A stretch of DNA of 31,793 nt from Verrucomicrobiota bacterium. Lineage in GTDB: Bacteria > Verrucomicrobiota > Verrucomicrobiia > Opitutales > UBA953. Below the pieces are notes generated by a model that worked only from the letters and a program-made list of their open reading frames with translations, was not told where the DNA came from and did no database searches. Location of the stretch: positions 1 to 31,793 of the forward strand of contig RDYO01000005.1 in NCBI GenBank assembly GCA_004293385.1, read 5' to 3'. Below are positions 26,797 through 31,793 of the stretch, one piece after another. The number at the start of each line of letters is the position of its first letter. The stretch's first letter is position 1. Position numbers and translations under genes: made by a program.

Positions 26797-28227
26797 CTAC
26801 AAAATGCGTCCGGCTTTGACCTGGGCGGACTCCGGAACCTTCCGGGTCCAGTCGGCGGCCTGCTTCACGAAGACGTCGACCTGGGCCCCGGCGGAACCGG
26901 TCAGTTCGCCGGCCTTGGTGACGGCGTCGAGGAGGACGGACTTAGGCAGACGCAGGCGCGCGTCGGCGGCGAGGCGGTCGACGAGGTCGTTGCGCTCGAT
27001 CTTGCCGGTGCGGAGTTCCTTGGCCACGGCGACGGCGTGTTCCTTGATGGCCTCGTGGGCCTCTTCGCGGCCGGCGCCGGCCTTGACGGCTTCCATGAGG
27101 AAGGTGGTCGTGAGCAGGAACGGCAGGTAGTGACGGGACTCGCGGTCGATGACGGGACGGTTGACCTCCATCTGGCCGAGCACGGTGAGGAAGGCTTCGA
27201 AGAGTCCGTCGATGGCGAGGAAGGCGTCAGGCAGGAGCACGCGGCGCACGACCGAGCACGAGACGTCGCCTTCGTTCCACTGCTCGCCGGAGAGCGAAGC
27301 GGCCATGGCGAGGTGACCGCGCAGGATCACGTGGAAGCCGTTGATGCGCTCGCAGGTGCGGGCGTTCATCTTGTGCGGCATGGCGGACGAACCGACCTGG
27401 CCGGGCAGGAAGCCTTCGCTGGCGAGCTCGTGGCCGGCCATCAGGCGGAGGGTCTTGGCGAAGGACGACGGGCCGGAAGCGGCGGAGAGCAGCGCGGCGA
27501 CGACTTCCATGTCCATCGAGCGCGGGTAGACCTGGCCGACCGCGCCGAGGGCGTGCGGGATGCCGAGGTGCGCGAGCACGCGGGTCTCGAGCTGGGCGAC
27601 CTTGGCGATGTCGCCGGAGAAGAGCGTGAGCTGGTCGAGCTGCGTGCCGACGGCGCCCTTGAGACCGCGGGCCGCGAAGGCGGCGAGCGCAGCGTCGACC
27701 TGCGCGATGCCGCGGAGGCATTCCTCGCCGAACATGGCCCAGCGCTTGCCGACGGTGGTGGGCTGCGCGGCGACGTTGTGCGTGCGCGCGGCGATCAGGA
27801 CGTCGCGGTCGGCCTGCGCGCGGCGGGCGAGCGCGGCGAGCGCGGCCACGCCCTTGGCGCGGACGAGCTGGAGCGAGCGGAAGACCTGCAGCTGCTCGAC
27901 GGATTCGGTGAGGTCGCGGCTGGTGAGGCCCTTGTGGACGTGCTGGTGGCCGGCGAGGGCGCAGAACTCGTCGATGCGCGCCTTGACGTCGTGGCGGGTC
28001 TCCTCTTCGCGGCGGCGGATGGAGTCGAAGTCGACCTGGTCCTTGACCTTCTCGTAGGCGACGAGGGCGTCGGCGGGGATGTCGAGGCCGAGGTCGCGCT
28101 GGGCCTTCATGACGGCGATCCAATATTCGCGCTCGAGGACCACGCGGCCGCGGGTGGACCAGACGGCCTTCATCGCCGGGGAGGCGTAGCGGTCGGCGAG
28201 GACGTTGGGTACGTTGTCGGATTCCAT
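26797..28227 (-). CDS. purB: Adenylosuccinate lyase
   Basis: LADRYAS..M, RHDVKA, HKGLTSRD, RTH..AQPTT.GKR, fumarase-superfamily signature SSAMPHKMN. Confidence 0.97.
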   Translation of the reverse strand: MESDNVPNVLADRYASPAMKAVWSTRGRVVLEREYWIAVMKAQRDLGLDIPADALVAYEKVKDQVDFDSIRRREEETRHDVKARIDEFCALAGHQHVHKGLTSRDLTESVEQLQVFRSLQLVRAKGVAALAALARRAQADRDVLIAARTHNVAAQPTTVGKRWAMFGEECLRGIAQVDAALAAFAARGLKGAVGTQLDQLTLFSGDIAKVAQLETRVLAHLGIPHALGAVGQVYPRSMDMEVVAALLSAASGPSSFAKTLRLMAGHELASEGFLPGQVGSSAMPHKMNARTCERINGFHVILRGHLAMAASLSGEQWNEGDVSCSVVRRVLLPDAFLAIDGLFEAFLTVLGQMEVNRPVIDRESRHYLPFLLTTTFLMEAVKAGAGREEAHEAIKEHAVAVAKELRTGKIERNDLVDRLAADARLRLPKSVLLDAVTKAGELTGSAGAQVDVFVKQAADWTRKVPESAQVKAGRIL

Positions 28228-28248
28228 CGGTATGAAGTAAGGTTTATA

Positions 28249-29373
28249 TCAGGCGGGACGCTTCACGGCAAGCGCTCGCAGGAACATCGCGCGGACGGAG
28301 GACTCGTCCTCGCCTCGGTTCGAGGCGTCGAAGCAGTCCGCGCACGCGAGCTGGAGGTCGACGAGCTCGGCCAGGGTGTAGCGGGCCGCCGCCGGGGCGA
28401 CCTTGTTGCTGACGTACCAGGCGTTCTGGGAGAAGAGGTTGGCCGAAGACTTGGCGGCGGAACCGAAGGTCGGACCATGGCGGCCGCTGGCGGCCTCGAA
28501 CTGGCCCTTGGGCAGGCCGGCCTCGCTGACGCGGAAGTCGCCGGAGTCGACGAGGCAGCGGATCTGGATGAGCAGGCGCAGGCGGTTCTGCAGCGCGCTG
28601 AGGAGCGGGCGGCTGGAGTCCTCGTTGAAGAAGTAGCGGTCGAGCGAGGCGAGGCCCCAGGCGAGGTCGCGCGCGGCGAGCGCTTCGATGGGCTCGAAGA
28701 AATCGCCTTCGCCGAAGGTCGGGACGAGCAGATGCACGTCGGACTCCTTGATGGTGCCGCCCGGGCCGACGTAGGTGGCGAGCTTCTCGCATTCGCCCAG
28801 CACGAGGCGGGTCGACTGGCCGACGCGGCCGACGATCACTTCGGGCACGCCACGGTCGTACTTCACGCCGAGCGCCTTCAGTCGGTCGACCGCGAGGGCG
28901 ACCTGGTTGTCGGCCTGCGCGTCGCCCTTGTCGAACGGGCTCTTGGACGCCGAGGCGTGGATGATGAAGTCCTGCGCGGCGGACTTGAGCACGCTGAGGT
29001 CCTTGCGCCGGCCGTCGTAAGGCGTGGCGGAGATGATGATCGAGACGGAGGGGTCCGCCGAGGTCGCGACTTCGAGGATGTTGGCGAGGTTCTTCTTCAC
29101 CTCCTCCGACTTGGCCTGGACGGTGTCGGCGACGAGGTTGAGGTTACGCAGCCAGATGACGCGCTTGCCGCCGAACATGGATAGCGTCTTGACCGACTCC
29201 GCGAACTGGAGTTCGAGCACGCGCGCGTCGTCGACCCGCAGGATCTGCGCGGAGATGATCTCGGCCTCGGCGTCGGATCCCGCGGCCTTCCGGGCCTTGT
29301 CGTAACAGGCACGGCCGTCCTGATCGACGAGGTATTCGTCCTTACCAGCGATGATGGCGAGATAGCCGGGCAC
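28249..29373 (-). CDS. holA: DNA polymerase III delta subunit
   Basis: YL.I.G.DEYLV, SMFGGKRVIWL, ECEKLA.Y, I...DV..LV, P....L..RLR.L. Start set at GTG 29373; the longer ORF to 29574 runs through the structured element. Confidence 0.85.
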   Translation of the reverse strand: MPGYLAIIAGKDEYLVDQDGRACYDKARKAAGSDAEAEIISAQILRVDDARVLELQFAESVKTLSMFGGKRVIWLRNLNLVADTVQAKSEEVKKNLANILEVATSADPSVSIIISATPYDGRRKDLSVLKSAAQDFIIHASASKSPFDKGDAQADNQVALAVDRLKALGVKYDRGVPEVIVGRVGQSTRLVLGECEKLATYVGPGGTIKESDVHLLVPTFGEGDFFEPIEALAARDLAWGLASLDRYFFNEDSSRPLLSALQNRLRLLIQIRCLVDSGDFRVSEAGLPKGQFEAASGRHGPTFGSAAKSSANLFSQNAWYVSNKVAPAAARYTLAELVDLQLACADCFDASNRGEDESSVRAMFLRALAVKRPA

Positions 29374-29409
29374 GCGCCTAATCTCCCGCCCTCCCCCCTC
29401 GTGGCAATC

Positions 29410-29804
29410 CTTTGTCATTCGCAGGCCCCAAGACCGGCCTGCGAGGTGGCAGCGGTTGGCGGTTAGGAAAGACCATGCTCCAAGGGGAGACCGGAAACCG
29501 GCAAGAAAGCTTCGGTTCTGCTTCGGGTAGGGTGGCCATTGCCATGGCCGCCGTTCGCATAGGCATGTATGCATCCGTGGGCAAGGTCACCGACCGTTCC
29601 AATATCCGTCCGCGCACGGACGTGATGGCAATCACGTCCCTACCTCAAGACCCAGCCAATCATCCTGTCTCCGGGTTACCCTTTGGTGCATGACATATCC
29701 TGCCTTGGGTAGGGTTGAGCGCCCTCGCTCAACCGGGGCTGACCAAGGGTGATCAGCCCTACCTGGAGCAAGTGGGACAGGCTTCGGCGGCCGATAGGCC
29801 GCCC
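29410..29804 (+). ncRNA. Candidate structured non-coding RNA of about 400 nt, family unassigned; ends approximate
   Basis: Non-coding gap with at least 8 hairpins (four 9-bp stems), long-range pairs TGCTCCA/TGGAGCA and two GGTAGGG/CCCTACC pairs, three cUUCGg motifs. G-U wobbles mostly favour the plus strand. Confidence 0.7.
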
Positions 29805-31085
29805 TCACGCCCCGTGAATCAGGTCCTCGACGCGGTACTTGTTGAGCTTCCGGCGCATGAAATCGAGGGCGGTGTTCACGGCGCGCTGCTTGATCTGGCG
29901 GCGGTCGCCGGGCAGGGCCACGCGCTGGGACCAGACGCCCGTCGGGGAAGCGTAGCCAAAATAGACGGTGCCGACGGGGTCGGCGTCGGTGCCGCCGCCG
30001 GGTCCGGCGTAGCCGGTGACCGCGATGGCGTAGTCGGAGCCGAACTTCTCGATGGCGCCCGTCGCCATGGCGGCAGCGCACTCGGCGGAGACGGCGCCAT
30101 GCTGGGCGATGAGGCAGTCCGGCACGCCGAGGAGGTTCACCTTGGCGTCGTTGGCGTAGCAGACGGCCGAACCGGCGAAGACCTTCGAAGCGCCGGGGAC
30201 GTCGGTGAAGGCGTTGGCGAGGAGGCCGCCGGTGCAGGACTCGGCGAGGGCGACGGTCTTCTCGAGGCTGCGCAGCTGCTCGACGACGAGCGTGGCGAGG
30301 CAGGCGTGACCGGTGGCGACGAAATCTTCGCCGACCGCGTCGCGGATCTTGCGGGCGACTTCGCAGAGCTGCTCGGCCGTCGCGCCGCCGCCGGCGGACG
30401 AGATGCGGGCGTCGACGACGCCGGTGTGCGTGCCGAAGGTGAGGGCCATGCCCGGCGCGAGGAGCGGACGGACGATCGCCTCGAGGGGCACGGCGCCGAT
30501 CCCGAAGGTGCGCACCTGCACGTAGGCTTCGCCCTGGCAGGCGCAGCCGACCTGACGGAGACGCGGGACGACTTCGTCTTCGAACATCGGGCGGAGTTCG
30601 AGCGAAGGGCCGGGCAGCATGACGAGCGCGCGGCCGTCGCGATGCAGGAAGACGCCGGGGGCGGTGCCACGCGGATTGGGCAGCGAGTCGGCGCCGGCCG
30701 GGACGTAGCACTGGCTGAGGTCCGCGGCGGCGACCTTGCGGCCGATCATCTTGAAGCGATCGCGCAGGGCCTGCTCGGCGGCGGGGACATGGGTGAGGGC
30801 CAGTCCGAGCGCTCCGGCGACGGCTTCGCGCGTATGGTCGTCGGAGGTCGGACCGATGCCGCCGGTGGTGACGATGAGGTCATAGGCGCCCCAGGCTTCG
30901 CCGACGGCGCGGGCGATCTCGGCGGCGTCGTCGCGGACGACCAAGGAACGGGTGATCGGCAGACCACGGCGGGCGAGGTGCTCGCCGAGCCAGAGAAGGT
31001 GGCCGTTCTCGCGGAGGCCGTCGAGGAGCTCGTCGCCCACGTTGATGACGAGGACCTGTCTGGGTCGACTGTTGCAGGAAAGCAT
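29805..31085 (-). CDS. cinA: CinA family protein (molybdopterin-binding-like domain plus PncC NMN deamidase domain)
   Basis: VGDELL.G, TGGIGPTSDDHTRE, NPRGTAPG, LPGP..EL..MF, AESCTGG, PGASKVF.GS..Y.N..K..LLGV, GAVS..A..MA, TGYAGP.GG....PVGTV. Confidence 0.95.
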   Translation of the reverse strand: MLSCNSRPRQVLVINVGDELLDGLRENGHLLWLGEHLARRGLPITRSLVVRDDAAEIARAVGEAWGAYDLIVTTGGIGPTSDDHTREAVAGALGLALTHVPAAEQALRDRFKMIGRKVAAADLSQCYVPAGADSLPNPRGTAPGVFLHRDGRALVMLPGPSLELRPMFEDEVVPRLRQVGCACQGEAYVQVRTFGIGAVPLEAIVRPLLAPGMALTFGTHTGVVDARISSAGGGATAEQLCEVARKIRDAVGEDFVATGHACLATLVVEQLRSLEKTVALAESCTGGLLANAFTDVPGASKVFAGSAVCYANDAKVNLLGVPDCLIAQHGAVSAECAAAMATGAIEKFGSDYAIAVTGYAGPGGGTDADPVGTVYFGYASPTGVWSQRVALPGDRRQIKQRAVNTALDFMRRKLNKYRVEDLIHGA

Positions 31086-31131
31086 TTGCGGAAACGGGGC
31101 GTGCCAGCAGGGTTAAAGGCTCAGGCTCAAA

Positions 31132-31793
31132 ATGCAAACCGACCGGGAAGAACTTTCGCCCAAGGCCAAGGCCCGGCGTGCCCCCCATACCCCGGGCGTC
31201 TACCTGATGAAGGACGCCGCCGGGCTGGTCGTCTATGTAGGCAAGGCCAAGGACCTCAAGAAGCGCCTGGCCTCCTATTTCGTGCCCCGCCAGCGGATGA
31301 CCCCCAAGGTGGCCGCGATGATGGATACCGTGGCGGACATGGAATGGCACGAAGTCCGGTCCGAGACCGAGGCCCTGCTCCTGGAGGGCAAGCTGATCAA
31401 ACGCTGGCGGCCCCGCTGGAACATCCTCTTCCGCGACGACAAGCAGTTCCCCCAGGTCCGGGTCGACCTCGCCGACCCCCTCCCCCGCTTCCGCATCGTC
31501 CGCGCCCGCACGACCGACGCCTGCCGATATTTCGGCCCGTTCCCCCACCAGCAGGCCGTCCGCCGCACGCTCAACGAGATGCGCAAGAAATTCGGCATCC
31601 TGCTCGCCGACAGCAACCCGATCGCCCAGCCCGACGGGACATGGAAGCTTTACGACGACGCCCGCGCCGAGATCCAGAAGCACGGCAACGTGATCACCGC
31701 CGAGGAATACGCCGTGCGTGTGACCGAGGCCTGCGCGTTCCTCGAGGGCAAGGTCGAGAGCTGGGCCGAGCAGGTCGAGGCCGACATGCGCAA
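31132..31793 (+). CDS. uvrC: Excinuclease ABC subunit C, N-terminal part; runs off the window
   Basis: Hand translation from ATG 31132: PHTPGVYLMKD..G.VVYVGKAKDLKKRLASYF, EALLLEGKLIK..RPRWNI..RDDK.FP, RYFGPF (GIY-YIG domain). Not in the ORF track because there is no stop codon in the window. Confidence 0.95.
   Translation, partial: MQTDREELSPKAKARRAPHTPGVYLMKDAAGLVVYVGKAKDLKKRLASYFVPRQRMTPKVAAMMDTVADMEWHEVRSETEALLLEGKLIKRWRPRWNILFRDDKQFPQVRVDLADPLPRFRIVRARTTDACRYFGPFPHQQAVRRTLNEMRKKFGILLADSNPIAQPDGTWKLYDDARAEIQKHGNVITAEEYAVRVTEACAFLEGKVESWAEQVEADMR

Noticed and set aside
25489-29184. 1231-aa plus-strand ORF, and similar long ORFs at 24-2435, 4392-6632, 8669-10798, 14901-16664 and 18459-20210
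   Set aside because: They lie antisense to well-identified housekeeping genes and show no motifs; these are typical shadow ORFs from stop-poor, high-GC3 sequence.
29481-29652. yybP-ykoY (Mn2+) or cobalamin riboswitch, suggested by AAGGGGAG and CAAGACC
   Set aside because: GGGGAG is not followed by UAG, the P1 partners do not match, there is no B12 box, and these strings read antisense to the flanking genes.
29378-29693. Small ORFs 29378-29635 (-) and 29412-29693 (+), and the N-terminal extension of holA to 29574
   Set aside because: No recognisable protein features and atypical codon usage; the region is better explained by base pairing.
29410-29804. Calling the element canonical rnpB, tmRNA, SRP RNA or 6S RNA
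   Set aside because: Lacks the RNase P 3' P4 strand and S-domain motifs, the tRNA-like ends with CCA (GGGGCTGA at 29735 is only an 8-nt match), the SRP GGAAGG/AGCAG loop, and the single long 6S hairpin.

Overview
GC-rich bacterial chromosomal window with no mobile elements, CRISPR, rRNA or tRNA. Gene order and protein features point to Verrucomicrobiota/Opitutia (inference). 1-18.3 kb, minus strand: a complete, tightly coupled dcw cluster (mraZ-rsmH-ftsL-ftsI-murE-murF-mraY-murD-LysM-ftsW-murG-murC/murB fusion-ddl-ftsQ-ftsA-ftsZ) with MraZ boxes at its promoter. Next, plus strand: a lipoprotein, aroC and a degenerate P-loop GTPase-like gene. Then, minus strand: an ECF sigma/anti-sigma/periplasmic helical-repeat triad, holB, tmk, a FecR-domain protein, PPi-type pfk, purB, holA and cinA. 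A partial uvrC on the plus strand ends the window. Two things stand out. (1) The ~430-bp holA-cinA gap (about 60% GC) is densely base-paired, with two pseudo-symmetric modules whose hairpin loops are mutually complementary, three cUUCGg motifs, seven CAAG motifs and RNase P-like sequence fragments; I cannot assign it to a known RNA family. (2) The FtsZ (absent from the ORF track because it runs off the window) lacks the GGGTG[T/S]G tubulin signature loop through an in-frame gap of about 10 aa and has a degenerate T7 catalytic loop. All structure and family calls were made by eye, without database searches.
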